Assembly: GCF_000011125.1 (NCBI RefSeq)
Contig: NC_000854.2
Coordinates: 300,001-332,000, forward strand
Direction of reading: 5' to 3'
Source of the DNA: Aeropyrum pernix K1
GTDB lineage: Archaea; Thermoproteota; Thermoprotei_A; Sulfolobales; Acidilobaceae
Length of the DNA stretch: 32,000 nt
Below are positions 9,232 through 18,996 of the stretch, in pieces. The position numbers and the translations under genes were made by a program. Each line of letters begins with the position of its first letter. The first letter of the stretch is position 1. The notes under the pieces are model-generated. The model worked only from the letters and a program-made list of their open reading frames with translations. It was not told the origin of the DNA and ran no database searches.

Positions 9232-9557
9232 CTCTTACACCTGTAGAACCTAGTCATAGGCTCGTCAGCGCTCCTAGTCTGCATCATCCAGAAGTACACC
9301 TCGTCGTGGCCGCACTTGGGGCAGGTCACGCTGCCCTTGAGGACCTGGGCGCCGACAGGAGTCTCGTCGTCTATAACAACAATCTTATCCCTAGGCCCCT
9401 TCTCGACAGTCACCCTCATCCTGTAGGCCTGGTGGTCCTCCCGAGAAGCCTCCTCGCTGTAGCCGCAGCTCTTGCACACCAGGAGATACCTGGCCCCATC
9501 CCTCTTGGGGTACATTATGGAACCGCATCTAGGGCAGAACTTTATCCTCCCTGACAA
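9201..9557 (-). CDS. tfs: Transcription cleavage factor TFS (TFIIS/RPB9-like)
   Basis: Two zinc ribbons: KFCPRCGSIMYPKRDG...LVCKSCGY and TCPKCGHDEVYFWMMQTRSADEPMTRFYRCKRCRYTWREY (RSADE acidic hairpin motif). Confidence 0.96.
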   Translation of the reverse strand: MSGRIKFCPRCGSIMYPKRDGARYLLVCKSCGYSEEASREDHQAYRMRVTVEKGPRDKIVVIDDETPVGAQVLKGSVTCPKCGHDEVYFWMMQTRSADEPMTRFYRCKRCRYTWREYA

Positions 9558-9600
9558 CCCCCGGGCACACCTCCAATAGCTTAATCCCAGTATTATTAGT

Positions 9601-9918
9601 CTAGCGGTGATAAAAGGGGTCTCCTGCCCGTCCGAGCATCCCTAGGACCTCGAGCATCGAAAGCGATATAGAGGCCGCCAGCCTCCTATAAGCCTCCGCC
9701 GCCTCAGACCTGCCTGGAGGTGTTGGGAGGCCGCAGCTGCAGCTGCCGTGGCTGTACCTGAGCTCGCCCATATACCCCCGCTCCGAGGCCCTCTGGCACA
9801 GCCCGCTGCATCCCTCCAGGCTTGAGACGGCCCCGTCGACACCGGGGCCCCTCACTATGTAGGCGAAGCATACACCGCCGACGCATGCTGACGCGAGTAT
9901 CCTCGCCTCCCTCTTCAA
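9601..9918 (-). CDS. Hypothetical Cys-containing small protein between tfs and rpoL
   Basis: 105-aa ORF overlapping the rpoL stop by a few nt. Six Cys in CVGGVC...CSGLC...CSC; no family recognised. Confidence 0.5.
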   Translation of the reverse strand: MKREARILASACVGGVCFAYIVRGPGVDGAVSSLEGCSGLCQRASERGYMGELRYSHGSCSCGLPTPPGRSEAAEAYRRLAASISLSMLEVLGMLGRAGDPFYHR

Positions 9919-10223
9919 CCCCCGCCTCCTCTACGCTCCAGCGCCTCTAGGTAGCGTCTCCTGAAGTCGCCTATAACTTCCAACAGGTAGTCTGAAGCCT
10001 TGCGGAGGACCTCCTTTATATCCACGTCGTCCTCGTACTTCACGTAAACCTGTATAATATCCTCCATGGGGTGGACGGCCTCGTAGTAAGCTAGCTTGGG
10101 GTTGGAAACCCTCTTTATCGCCTCCACCAGCAGCGTGCCGAGGGTGTGGTCCTCCCCGTAAACCTGTATCACGTACGAGCCCCGCGACTCCCTGATAATC
10201 CTTAGACGCTCCAAACGCAGCAC
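9915..10223 (-). CDS. rpoL: DNA-directed RNA polymerase subunit L (Rpb11-like)
   Basis: YGEDHTLGTLLVEAIKRVSNPKLAYYEAVHPMEDIIQVYVKY, core Rpb11/RpoL motif. Confidence 0.9.
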   Translation of the reverse strand: MLRLERLRIIRESRGSYVIQVYGEDHTLGTLLVEAIKRVSNPKLAYYEAVHPMEDIIQVYVKYEDDVDIKEVLRKASDYLLEVIGDFRRRYLEALERRGGGG

Positions 10224-10226
10224 CCC

Positions 10227-10859
10227 CTACCTCTCCTGGAGAGCCTTAAGAAGGGTTTTAAGAGACTCCCTCCATCCACCCCTGACCAGGAGCCTCCCCT
10301 TCTCATCCTCTTCAAGCAGCCCCTCCTCAACAGCCGCTCTAACCGCGTCATCGAGCGTCGAGCCCGCGAGAATAGAAGCAGCAACAACAAGCTTCCTGCT
10401 AGAGGTGGTTAGGGGCTGGGCAGCCGCCTCCCTCAGCCTCTCACCCACCTCCCTGGCAACCTCCACCACAAGGCTCCACGGCGCGTCGGTGTCCAGCACC
10501 CCCTCGCCGCTCCTAGCCTCCACCCGGTAACCCATCCCCGAGAGCACGGTAGACAGGACATCAGGCGGCACGGCCACCCCGGCCTCCCTCGAAACCCTGC
10601 GGAGGCTGTAGGAGAAGAGCCCCCCGCCCCTGGCCCGGCGCCGGTACTCCCTCAGCAGCGCCTTAACCCTGACTATAGACTCCCTTATACTAGACTCCCC
10701 GCCCACCATCTCTATCAGCAGCTTATCCCCCTCCCTCCTCCACGAAGAGTAGTCAACCTTAACCGCCCTTGAAAGCCTCTCCAAGAACCTCTCAAAATCG
10801 TCTACATCCAGCAGCCTTAGGTTGACAGCCACAACCCTCCTGTACCGGCGGCCCGGCAA
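10227..10859 (-). CDS. Conserved archaeal hypothetical protein (possibly DUF2067 family)
   Basis: 210-aa ORF immediately upstream of rpoL in the same operon. The family assignment is from recalled gene neighbourhood and is tentative. Confidence 0.6.
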   Translation of the reverse strand: MPGRRYRRVVAVNLRLLDVDDFERFLERLSRAVKVDYSSWRREGDKLLIEMVGGESSIRESIVRVKALLREYRRRARGGGLFSYSLRRVSREAGVAVPPDVLSTVLSGMGYRVEARSGEGVLDTDAPWSLVVEVAREVGERLREAAAQPLTTSSRKLVVAASILAGSTLDDAVRAAVEEGLLEEDEKGRLLVRGGWRESLKTLLKALQER

Positions 10860-10911
10860 CGGCAGCTACACCCCGCATCAGCCCCCCGTGCTGAGGCCTG
10901 GGGGGCTAGCC

Positions 10912-11559
10912 CTAACTCCTATATATAACAAGGTTTCTGACGAGCCTTATTCTGAGGTGCCTGCTCTTAGCGTGTATAGACACTTTCCTCTTCTCCACGT
11001 TTCCACACTTGGGGCACTTCATGCTCCTCTCGCTCTGGAACTCCATGACGGCGCCGCACCTGCTGCATATAGCGTAGACCACGCCGTACCTCGGCTCGAC
11101 TGTGCTTAGTGTGAATGGGGGTGTGCGCGACACTATTTTCGCCAGGATCCAGTCGCCCATCCTATAGTAGTCCTCAATATTCTTGATGTACTCGTCGGCG
11201 ATCTGTGATATGGGTATTGCTGCGGAGTAGGGCGAGGGCAGCTCGTAGAGCCACGCTGGCTTGGGTGAGAGGCGTACGACGCCGTAGACCTCGGCCACCA
11301 CGAGGTCGCCCCTAACCCCCGTCACCAGGGCCGCCACCTCGGAGCCCGGCCCCGGCGTCTGGGGCTTCTTGTGAGGCTTGACGTAGGCTATCCTCCTGGA
11401 CATGTCCAGGTATGCGACGCCCGGGGCGGCGGCCCTTATGAAACCCTTCACAGGGTCCACATAAACCCCCTCGCCGGGGAGGAACTCTTCTATCGTCGCT
11501 AGCACGTCGCCCGGCATGACCTTGCCCTTCTCAACCACCCCTTGTGAAGAGTACGACAT
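10912..11559 (-). CDS. csl4: Exosome complex RNA-binding protein Csl4
   Basis: PGDVLATIEEFLPGEGVYVD..GFIRAAAPG, S1-like domain, C-terminal zinc ribbon YAICSRCGAVMEFQSERSMKCPKCGNVEKRKVS. Confidence 0.93.
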   Translation of the reverse strand: MSYSSQGVVEKGKVMPGDVLATIEEFLPGEGVYVDPVKGFIRAAAPGVAYLDMSRRIAYVKPHKKPQTPGPGSEVAALVTGVRGDLVVAEVYGVVRLSPKPAWLYELPSPYSAAIPISQIADEYIKNIEDYYRMGDWILAKIVSRTPPFTLSTVEPRYGVVYAICSRCGAVMEFQSERSMKCPKCGNVEKRKVSIHAKSRHLRIRLVRNLVIYRS

Positions 11560-12190
11560 CCACAGACACCCTTCTAACCCTGCTCCTGTGTCCAGGCATG
11601 CTGGCCGGTATGGGGAAATGCTCTCTGGAGATTAATAAAGTGGAGTAGCCGAGGCCCGCAGCCTTCGCCGCGTGGAAGCCCATGTTCCCCGACTTCACTA
11701 TGGCGTAGACCGCCCTAGGCTTCAGGCGTAGGGCGTACTCGAGGACCTCCCAGTCCGCACCCCTCCTCCACACCCCGAAGGGGGGGTTCGTGGCTACGAG
11801 GTCTACACTGCCCGCGGCCAGGGGGCCCCTGCGGCGGGACACTCTGGAGGCCACGAAGAATATTCTCCCCCCGAGCCCCAGCTTCTCGGCGGCCCCTAGG
11901 CAGAGGCCCGCCAGCCTCCCGTCCGCCTCCACCGCCGCGACCCGGGAGGCACCGTAGAGGAGGAGCGCCAGGCCGAGCCTGCACGTCCCTGCAGCGAGGT
12001 CCGCGGCCAACGCACCCTCGAGGAGGCCGCGTAGGAGGGCGTCCACCGCTATCCTGACGGCAATGTCGGCCGGGGTTGTGTACTGCTCCAGCTCCCTTCG
12101 CGGGGAGGGGATGGGGTTTACGGCCCTCTCAAGGAGTATCTTAGCCCTCCCAACGGGGGGATAGCCGCTGGCCTCAACCCCGCTATCCAC
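11531..12190 (-). CDS. METTL5-like RNA/N6-adenine methyltransferase
   Basis: SAM-binding region AADLAAGTCRLGLALLLYGASRVAAVEAD and catalytic NPPFG; N-terminal LEQYTTPADIAVRI. It overlaps csl4 by 29 nt. Confidence 0.82.
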   Translation of the reverse strand: MDSGVEASGYPPVGRAKILLERAVNPIPSPRRELEQYTTPADIAVRIAVDALLRGLLEGALAADLAAGTCRLGLALLLYGASRVAAVEADGRLAGLCLGAAEKLGLGGRIFFVASRVSRRRGPLAAGSVDLVATNPPFGVWRRGADWEVLEYALRLKPRAVYAIVKSGNMGFHAAKAAGLGYSTLLISREHFPIPASMPGHRSRVRRVSVDVVLFTRGG

Positions 12191-12214
12191 GCCTAATGTC
12201 CACCCGGCGGCGGG

Positions 12215-13279
12215 TTACCAGGGGAACCTGTATGGCTCTAGCCTCCCCTCTAGCGCCATCATCGCCTCCCCCGGCGTTAGAACAGGCTTCTCGTAGCTCC
12301 AGAAGTCGTCTGTGGGTAGCCTGGGGCAGCTGGTTACGGTGAAGGCTTCGAACCATGGATTGTCAATGGCTACCAGCTGGCTCAGCGTGGTGACCTCGGA
12401 AGCCACTAGCAGGTACTCTCCGCCGGCGGACTCTATGGCTCGGGCCAGCTTCTCTACGAGCCAAGGCCTGTACTGGCCGCTCTTCAACCCCACTATGATG
12501 CCCCACCGGCGGGCGCCTATGCTCTGGGAAACCCTGTAAAGCCTGCTCCTATACAGCTTCTCCCCCTCACGGGTGAGGTCCTCACTAACCCCCCTGTAAG
12601 GGTCGACCTGAACAACGGGCTTGAGAGTAGCGAGGTAGAGGCCCAGGGGGTGGAAGACTCCTCCCCCCACATACACGAAGCCATCCGCCCTCACCCCCCT
12701 GGCAAGCCTGTAGTCGCAGCCCAGGACCTGGGCCGCGCCGAAGTAGGGCCTGAGCCCCGGGGGTACGGCCACCTCGAGCCCCTCACCCCTGAGGACCTCG
12801 GCAGCCTTCTCGGCGAGATGGGTGTGCTGGGCTGTGGTTGCTATGCCAACCCTCCTAACGCCGTACCGCGACGCCAACAGGCCCGCCGCCTCTCTGAGGG
12901 CGTCGAGGGGGAGCTGGGATTTGCTGAGGGCCCTCACATACACAACCCTCCCCCGGGGCTCCAGGCCCTCGTGGGCCAGCTCCGCGGGGTAGGGGGAGTG
13001 GCCCACGTGGACTATGAGGTCCGGCCTCACCGTAGTATCAAGCTCGCCGTAGTGCAGGTCGCAGGCGCCGAAGGTGGGGTCCGCGTGGAGATAGACCTGG
13101 GCGGCGCCCCCGAGCATCTCCTCAAAACACTTCGCTATATACAAGCCGTACTGGAGCATGCCCTCCGGCAGCTGCAGGACAATCCTCCTAGCCCCGCGGC
13201 GCCTAGCAGCCTCGACGGCAGAGTCTATGTCCACCATGTAGGGAATGTCGCCCAGTAGACTGCAGAACCCGGCCTTCAA
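12215..13279 (-). CDS. dph2: Diphthamide biosynthesis enzyme Dph2
   Basis: LQLPEGML, HADPTFGACD, VHVGHSPYP, QVLGCD, and C-terminal IDNPWFEAFTVTSCPRLPTDD; three conserved Cys. Confidence 0.93.
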   Translation of the reverse strand: MKAGFCSLLGDIPYMVDIDSAVEAARRRGARRIVLQLPEGMLQYGLYIAKCFEEMLGGAAQVYLHADPTFGACDLHYGELDTTVRPDLIVHVGHSPYPAELAHEGLEPRGRVVYVRALSKSQLPLDALREAAGLLASRYGVRRVGIATTAQHTHLAEKAAEVLRGEGLEVAVPPGLRPYFGAAQVLGCDYRLARGVRADGFVYVGGGVFHPLGLYLATLKPVVQVDPYRGVSEDLTREGEKLYRSRLYRVSQSIGARRWGIIVGLKSGQYRPWLVEKLARAIESAGGEYLLVASEVTTLSQLVAIDNPWFEAFTVTSCPRLPTDDFWSYEKPVLTPGEAMMALEGRLEPYRFPW

Positions 13280-13377
13280 GACCCCCTTCCCACCTTCGGG
13301 AAGTAGTGTGTTAGCCTGTAGGGGTATTGTTTGAGGGAGGAGAGGACCCCTTGCAACAGTGCTTGGGGAGGCGTGGC

Positions 13378-13902
13378 TTATGAGGCTTGCGCCCCGCGCG
13401 TCCTAATCACTATCCTAGAGGGTAGGGGGAACTTGCTGGCGCCCCTCCTGAGAGCCTCCTTCACGTTCTCCTCGTCACCCTTCCTAGCCCACACCTCGAG
13501 GACTACGGTGCCCGGGTATACCCTAGCTGCGGTCCCCACCGGCTTGCCGAAAGCCTGCCTCATACCATCCTGGAGCCTGTCTGCTCCTGCGAACGCCATC
13601 ATCTTATTCTCCCTGATGACATGGTGGGGGTACACCCTTATCCTGAAGTAGAAGTTCTTGTCGCCAATGGTTGTGGCTAGGTACTTGTTGACGGCTATCC
13701 TAGCGGCCTCGAGGGCGTTATGCCTTATCTGACCAGCCTCCAGCATGACTAGCTCGCCCTTAATCTCCCACTTCTCCATCATCTCCCTGTTGCCCATCTC
13801 GAACCTGGTTATCTTCGGCGGCGGGACACCGTGGATATACTCCCTCCTGGTGTAGGGCGGGCCGCTGAAGTGGGTATAGCATCTAGCAGGCCTCAGGGGC
13901 AT
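13378..13902 (-). CDS. rpl10e: 50S ribosomal protein L10e (L16/L10e family)
   Basis: [37 protein letters not shown]...[38 protein letters not shown]. Confidence 0.96.
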
Positions 13903-13994
13903 GTTAACACCCGGATAGCCCCTATCTATGGCTCAGGGTTGATAAGCGTTTAACCCCGCCGCACGGCCACGAGGGATCTATCGGGCCCTAGGTC

Positions 13995-15728
13995 ATGGAC
14001 AGCGGCATAGATAGGGGGAAGATACTCTCAACCCTCCACACCCTCGAGGAGGCTATAGCCAGGGCGGCTGGGAGGCTTGAGGTTCTCCGAGGCTCCCTGC
14101 TGGAGAAGCGGGAGAGCCTGGGCCTGCCGGCCGCCATAGGCCGCCCCCTGGCCAGAAAAGCGGTGGCGAGGGGGTGTTACCCTCCGTACCCCAGGGTTAA
14201 CCTGGACGGCTGCGCAGTGGACAGCAGCAGGGTTTCCAGGGGGAGCGTGCTGAGGGTTACGGCTAGGCTGAGGCCGGGCATGGAGCCTGTGGAGCTTGTG
14301 GACCGTGAGGGTGGGTGTGTGTGGGTCGACACGGGAGCCCCTCTCCCAGTGGGGGCTGACGCCGTCGTCCCCCTTGAGGAGCTGGACATGCTGGGCGAGG
14401 GGGTGGTGAGGCTTGAGGCGGAGCCGAGGAGGTGGATGGGGGTGGCAGACCCCTGTAGCGACGCCATGGATGGTAGTGTGGTGTTGGGTGAGGGCGAGGT
14501 TGTTACTCCCGAGGCGGTGGCCTCCCTCGCCTCCGCCGGCGTCCACGATGTTGAAGCAGGCTCCAGGCTCAGGGCTTGTGTCGCCAGCGTAGGCGACGAG
14601 CTGAGGAGCCTTGAGGAGTGCCGGGAGGGCGGTGGGGTGTGCGAGACCAACAGGCTGCTGGCCCGGAGCAGGCTCGAGGCGGCTGAGGTTGAGGTTGTGG
14701 ACCTCGGTATACACCCTGACAGGCCCGAGACGCTGTCCAGCCTAGCTGCAGCCGCCCGAGGGTCTGGCTGCCATATACTGGTGACTAGCGGTGGGAGCAG
14801 CGTCGGCCTCTCAGACTACGCCCTAGCCGGGCCTGAGGACATAGTGGTCAGGGGGCTGGCCATAAGGCCGGGCCGCCCTACCACTCTCTCGATAGTAGAT
14901 GGCATCCCAGTCTATAGCCTACCGGGTAACCCTCGGAGTGCGGGGTCCGCGATAGACCTCTTCCTCCTACCCTCCCTAGCCGCAGCCGGGCTCCCAGTGG
15001 CGACCGTGGTTCCCGGGATGAGGGCTGTGCTGCTCGCGGGGGTTAAGCCGGGTAGGAGGCTATCCTACATCCCCGTGGCCGCCGTTTACTGCGGCGGCCG
15101 CCTCTACGCAGTACCGGTGTCCACGGAGAGCTACATGACAGTCTCTTGGGCTGCGGCCGACGGATACATTGCCGTGGAGCCTGGCAAAGCCCTAGAGCCT
15201 GGGGAGGAGGCCAGCGTTACCATAGTGAGGGGAGTGAAGAGGAGGCTCTCCATAGACTACACCGGAGGCCTGGGGGGCGGTGGCTATAGAGTTACCCTGG
15301 CCAAGCCCCCCCACGGGAAGGTTGTTGCCGAGGCCATAGCCCGGTGCCCCCGGCTTGAGGCTGTAGTTACCGAGGATGCTGCGGGCGAAATGGTGGAGGC
15401 GGGCACGCCCAGCGGCGCCCTAGAGCCGGTGGACCAGGATATAGTTATCGCAGTCAACAGAAAATGCGGCAACAACATCATAGCAGCGCCGAGAGTCCTG
15501 GAGAAGAGCGGATGGCTCTCAAGAGCGGCATCTAGGCTTGGCGGCGAGATACTCTACGTGGACAACGTGCAGTCCTCCGCCAGGCTCGCAGCCCTCGGCT
15601 ACACCTGCGGCGCAGTAACACTCAAGAGCCTCACCCCACCGGGGTTGAGGGTGGCCTCGGAGACGAGGATCAGGGTCTATATAGCTAGGGGCTGGGCAGG
15701 GAAGGGTGGGTCAGGGGAAAAACAGTAG
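13995..15728 (+). CDS. moeA: Molybdopterin molybdenumtransferase MoeA with C-terminal periplasmic-binding-protein-like domain
   Basis: NLDGCAVD, DTGAPLPVGADAVVPLE, TSGGSSVGLSDY, LPGNPRSAGSAIDLFLLP; an extra roughly 180-aa C-terminal domain. Confidence 0.9.
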   Translation: MDSGIDRGKILSTLHTLEEAIARAAGRLEVLRGSLLEKRESLGLPAAIGRPLARKAVARGCYPPYPRVNLDGCAVDSSRVSRGSVLRVTARLRPGMEPVELVDREGGCVWVDTGAPLPVGADAVVPLEELDMLGEGVVRLEAEPRRWMGVADPCSDAMDGSVVLGEGEVVTPEAVASLASAGVHDVEAGSRLRACVASVGDELRSLEECREGGGVCETNRLLARSRLEAAEVEVVDLGIHPDRPETLSSLAAAARGSGCHILVTSGGSSVGLSDYALAGPEDIVVRGLAIRPGRPTTLSIVDGIPVYSLPGNPRSAGSAIDLFLLPSLAAAGLPVATVVPGMRAVLLAGVKPGRRLSYIPVAAVYCGGRLYAVPVSTESYMTVSWAAADGYIAVEPGKALEPGEEASVTIVRGVKRRLSIDYTGGLGGGGYRVTLAKPPHGKVVAEAIARCPRLEAVVTEDAAGEMVEAGTPSGALEPVDQDIVIAVNRKCGNNIIAAPRVLEKSGWLSRAASRLGGEILYVDNVQSSARLAALGYTCGAVTLKSLTPPGLRVASETRIRVYIARGWAGKGGSGEKQ

Positions 15729-15791
15729 TGTCCGGAGAGGTAGGGTGGGGTTAGGGGGGCTGGCCTGAGACCTTTTTCGAAAACCCCGTGT

Positions 15792-15986
15792 TCACCCGGT
15801 CTCGGGGTAGTCGTCGGGCACCTTGGCCCTGAAGTACTTGCCCGTCTCGGGGCTCTTGAAGAGACCTATCTTGACGCCCCTCCTCCCCCTCGGCGATAGC
15901 TTCCACACTTTGATTGGCGTTAGCTCGACCTCCTTGCCTGTAGTCGGGTCCCTGACCTTCACAGGTGGTAGTTGCTTCTGGCTCAT
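15792..15986 (-). CDS. cren7: Chromatin protein Cren7
   Basis: [54 protein letters not shown]. Confidence 0.96.
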   Translation of the reverse strand: MSQKQLPPVKVRDPTTGKEVELTPIKVWKLSPRGRRGVKIGLFKSPETGKYFRAKVPDDYPETG

Positions 15987-15991
15987 ACCTC

Positions 15992-16044
15992 AATCACCTC
16001 CTTTTCCAGTTCCACAATAAATTAGGTTACGGAGAAAATATAAA
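15992..16044 (-). promoter_or_regulatory. cren7 leader: strong Shine-Dalgarno (GGAGGTGATT, 15992..16001) and TATA-like box (TTTATATTTT, 16035..16044)
   Basis: The reverse strand reads ...ACATTTATATTTTC...GGAGGTGATTGAGGTATG. The SD is close upstream of the ATG at 15986. Confidence 0.6.
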
Positions 16045-16236
16045 TGTTAACAGGGTTCATGTACTGTCAAGAAGAACCTGCTTCTAAAAAGCTGTTATGA
16101 CGAGGCGGCTGGCCTGGAAGGCCGGGGGAGTTGCTGGCCAGGCAGCATACCCAAGGCTAGGACCTGAGAGGAGGTGGTGGATTGCTAGGAGGGGCGGGAG
16201 GAAAGGCTAAACGGGAAGCGCTTATGATGATGGGGG

Positions 16237-16791
16237 CTAGCAGGTTATGGCTCTTGCTCTGGCGCAGCTCCTGAGGTCCCACTGTAGGGTTCTCAGCAGC
16301 TTGCCCACCTTTCTTATAGCGTATTTTATGAAGTATGCCTTTCCTATACTGTCGTCGATGCTCCTGAGGTCAACCTCGATCGTCACCCAGCCCTCCCCGC
16401 TGGGGAGGCTCACCTCGGCCTTCCCCGGCTCTATTGCGAGTTTGGCCTCCTCCGTGTTTATCTCCACTCTCCCGTCGGCAACGCGTACGGATCCCGCGTT
16501 GCTGGAGTACTTCCACAGTAGGGTCTCGCCGTCCGTCTTGGCGGCCTCTATGGAGGCGCATCCTGTGCTGCAGTGGAGTAGCCCGCCCCGCTGCTTGCAT
16601 GCTTGGTTGGCCGTAGCTATACACTCTGCTAGCCTGGCCGCGGTGGCGGCGTCTTCAGCCAGCCTTGAGAGGGATGATACGACGCCCAGGTACATGGAGG
16701 CCTTCAGCCCCGTCTTGGGGGCGGCTGCCAGCAGCTCCTCCAGCCTAGATACCACCATTGACAAGGCTCTGCTAACCTCCCTAACCCGCAT
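16237..16791 (-). CDS. Hypothetical protein
   Basis: 184-aa ORF in the same direction as neighbours; helical Cys-containing N-terminal half and beta-rich C-terminal half. The opposite-strand 388-aa ORF is judged spurious. Confidence 0.6.
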   Translation of the reverse strand: MRVREVSRALSMVVSRLEELLAAAPKTGLKASMYLGVVSSLSRLAEDAATAARLAECIATANQACKQRGGLLHCSTGCASIEAAKTDGETLLWKYSSNAGSVRVADGRVEINTEEAKLAIEPGKAEVSLPSGEGWVTIEVDLRSIDDSIGKAYFIKYAIRKVGKLLRTLQWDLRSCARARAITC

Positions 16792-16819
16792 GGGGTTTTA
16801 TCGTTTGGGATTCATATTG

Positions 16820-17542
16820 TTATCGCCCAGGCTGGAGTGGGGGGCATTGGACGGGGGCTGTGGCTACAGGCCTTATCCTCACCACCCCAGGCTCCAGGTC
16901 GATGGAGACCCTGATGCCCACCATGCCCACGAGCCCTCTTCTCAGGAGGGTGCAGGCCAGGCTGGCGAACCTCCTGTCGACCCTGTAGTTGGGGGCGAAT
17001 ACCCTGATGTCAGGCCTGAGGGCCACGAACGCCATGAGAGGCTTCACACCCTCCCTCGCGAGCCTGGCGAGGACCTCCAGGTGCTTAACAGCCCTTGCGC
17101 TGGGGGCGTTGGGGAACAGGCCGACGCCGTCGAGCGAGAGGTTTACGCCCTTAACCTCAACAGCCCAGAGCCCCCTCCCAGTGGATATGAGGAAGTCCAG
17201 CCTCGAGCCGAAGACCTCCCTCTCAGCCTCGATCGAGGCGTCACCCCCAACCACCATCGGGGCCGCCTCGGCGAACAGCCTGTTGGGCACCCGCGAGTCG
17301 ACAACAGCCACTACGCCACCAGCAGTCTTGAAAGCCTGTGCACGGCACACGGTCTTGCCTCCGAGCCTATTGAGCCAGGCTATCAGCACTCCCCGCCTCC
17401 CAGGGCTTGCTAGATGGTCTATCCTGCCAGTGTCCATCAGGTGGCACCTAACCACCCCGCGGCTACTCTTGACCTCCACAACGAACCTGTTCACCCTCCT
17501 TAGGAACACTGCCTCCTCGTCATACCGCAGCTCCACAGCCAC
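16820..17542 (-). CDS. sfsA: SfsA family protein (sugar fermentation stimulation protein homolog)
   Basis: [12 protein letters not shown]...[63 protein letters not shown]. Confidence 0.92.
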
Positions 17543-17637
17543 CCAGCCCAGCCCCCCGGGGGATCCCTGTGTTTAGACGCTTGAGGATGACGTGGTAAAA
17601 GCCTCTAAACGCCAGCGTCCTATATGGGTGTCTACTC

Positions 17638-18996
17638 GTGGCTGTTGATGCACCCCGGATAGTTGTGGAGCCCCCGGGCCCTAGGGCTAGGGAGGTCCTC
17701 GAGAGGGACGAGAGGGTTATAATGCAGTCTTTCACTCGCTGGTACCCCCTGGTTGTTAAACGTGGCTACGGGGCTGTGGTGGAGGATGTTGACGGCAACA
17801 GGTATATAGACTTCAACGCTGGTATAGCAGTGTTGAACGTGGGCCACAATCACCCTAGGGTTGTTGAGGCGGTTAAACGCCAGCTGGAGAGGTTCCTGCA
17901 CTATAGCCTGACGGACTTCTACTATGAGGAGGCCGTCTCCGCCGCGGAGAGGCTTGCCAGATCCGTCCCCATAAGCGGCGGGGCCAAGACGTTCTTCACC
18001 AACAGCGGGGCCGAGAGCATCGAGGCCTCCATAAAGGTTGTAAGGGCGTTCTTCAGGGGGACGAGGCCCTACATAATAAGCTTCCTCGGGGGCTTCCACG
18101 GGAGGACCTACGGGGCCATGAGCGCCTCAGCCAGCAAGCCGGTCCACAGGGCCAGGTTCTACCCCCTCGTCCCGGGCTTCATCCACGCCCCATACCCAGA
18201 CCCATACCGCTGCCCCTTCCCCGGCCTCGAGGGTGAAGCGTGTGGCGAGGCGGCTGTAAGCTATATAGAGGACTATATATTCTCGAAGCTGGTCGACCCG
18301 GGAGAGGTTGCCGCATTCCTCTTCGAGCCCATCCAGGGCGAGGGCGGCTACGTCGTCCCGCCCGACAGCTTCCTACCCTCGCTCCAGAAGCTGGCTAGGA
18401 AGCATGGGATACTGCTCATCGCGGACGAGGTTCAGACGGGCTTCGCGAGGACGGGCAGGATGTTCGCCGTGGAGCACTGGGGTGTGGAGCCAGATGTCAT
18501 GGCCCTAGCCAAAGCCATGGGAGGGGGGCTGCCGCTGGGGGCTGCGGTGGGGAGGAGCGAGGTGATGAGCCTCCCCCGCGGTAGCCACGCCAACACTTTC
18601 GGCGGCAACCCCGTCGCCCTCGCCGCCTTCAACGCGGTGATGGACGTTATAGAGGGCGAGAGGCTGTGGGAGAGGTCGCAGAGGCTGGGCGAGAAGGCGC
18701 TGAAGATACTGGGGGAGGCTGCCGAGGAGCTGAGTATAGTGGGCCATGTGAGGGGTAAGGGGCTAATGATAGGCGTTGAGCTGGTCAGGGACGAGAACAC
18801 CAGGGAGCCCCACAAGGAGGCCCTCGCCTGGGTGCTGGATAGGTCTTTCAAGAGGGGTCTTCTAGTGATAGGCGCGGGCGTCTCAGCCGTGAGGATAGCG
18901 CCCCCGCTCACCATCGAGGAGGAGCTCTTCGACCGGGGTCTGGAGATACTGGTGGAGGTCCTCAGGGAGGCCGACCGCCGCTTCTCCCAGGTCTAG
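17638..18996 (+). CDS. Class III PLP-dependent aminotransferase (4-aminobutyrate/ornithine aminotransferase-like; possibly a racemase-type member)
   Basis: DGNRYIDFNAGIAVLNVGHNHPRV, FTNSGAESIEASIKV, FHGRTYGAMSAS, LIADEVQTGFARTG, ALAKAMGGGLPLGA. Confidence 0.92.
   Translation: MAVDAPRIVVEPPGPRAREVLERDERVIMQSFTRWYPLVVKRGYGAVVEDVDGNRYIDFNAGIAVLNVGHNHPRVVEAVKRQLERFLHYSLTDFYYEEAVSAAERLARSVPISGGAKTFFTNSGAESIEASIKVVRAFFRGTRPYIISFLGGFHGRTYGAMSASASKPVHRARFYPLVPGFIHAPYPDPYRCPFPGLEGEACGEAAVSYIEDYIFSKLVDPGEVAAFLFEPIQGEGGYVVPPDSFLPSLQKLARKHGILLIADEVQTGFARTGRMFAVEHWGVEPDVMALAKAMGGGLPLGAAVGRSEVMSLPRGSHANTFGGNPVALAAFNAVMDVIEGERLWERSQRLGEKALKILGEAAEELSIVGHVRGKGLMIGVELVRDENTREPHKEALAWVLDRSFKRGLLVIGAGVSAVRIAPPLTIEEELFDRGLEILVEVLREADRRFSQV

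Noticed and set aside
12650-13258. 202-aa plus-strand ORF inside dph2
   Set aside because: Shadow ORF opposite conserved Dph2 motifs.
14028-14714. 228-aa minus-strand ORF inside moeA
   Set aside because: Antisense of MoeA; Pro/His/Gln-rich composition.
16085-16180. Possible C/D-box sRNA downstream of the 16237 gene (ATGACGA ... CTGA)
   Set aside because: The C box deviates from RUGAUGA, spacing is long and no internal C'/D' pair was found; evidence was insufficient.
16247-17413. 388-aa plus-strand ORF opposite the 184-aa ORF and sfsA
   Set aside because: Low-complexity Ser/Leu/His/Pro-rich antisense translation, typical of a shadow ORF in GC-rich DNA. The minus strand encodes a clear SfsA protein.
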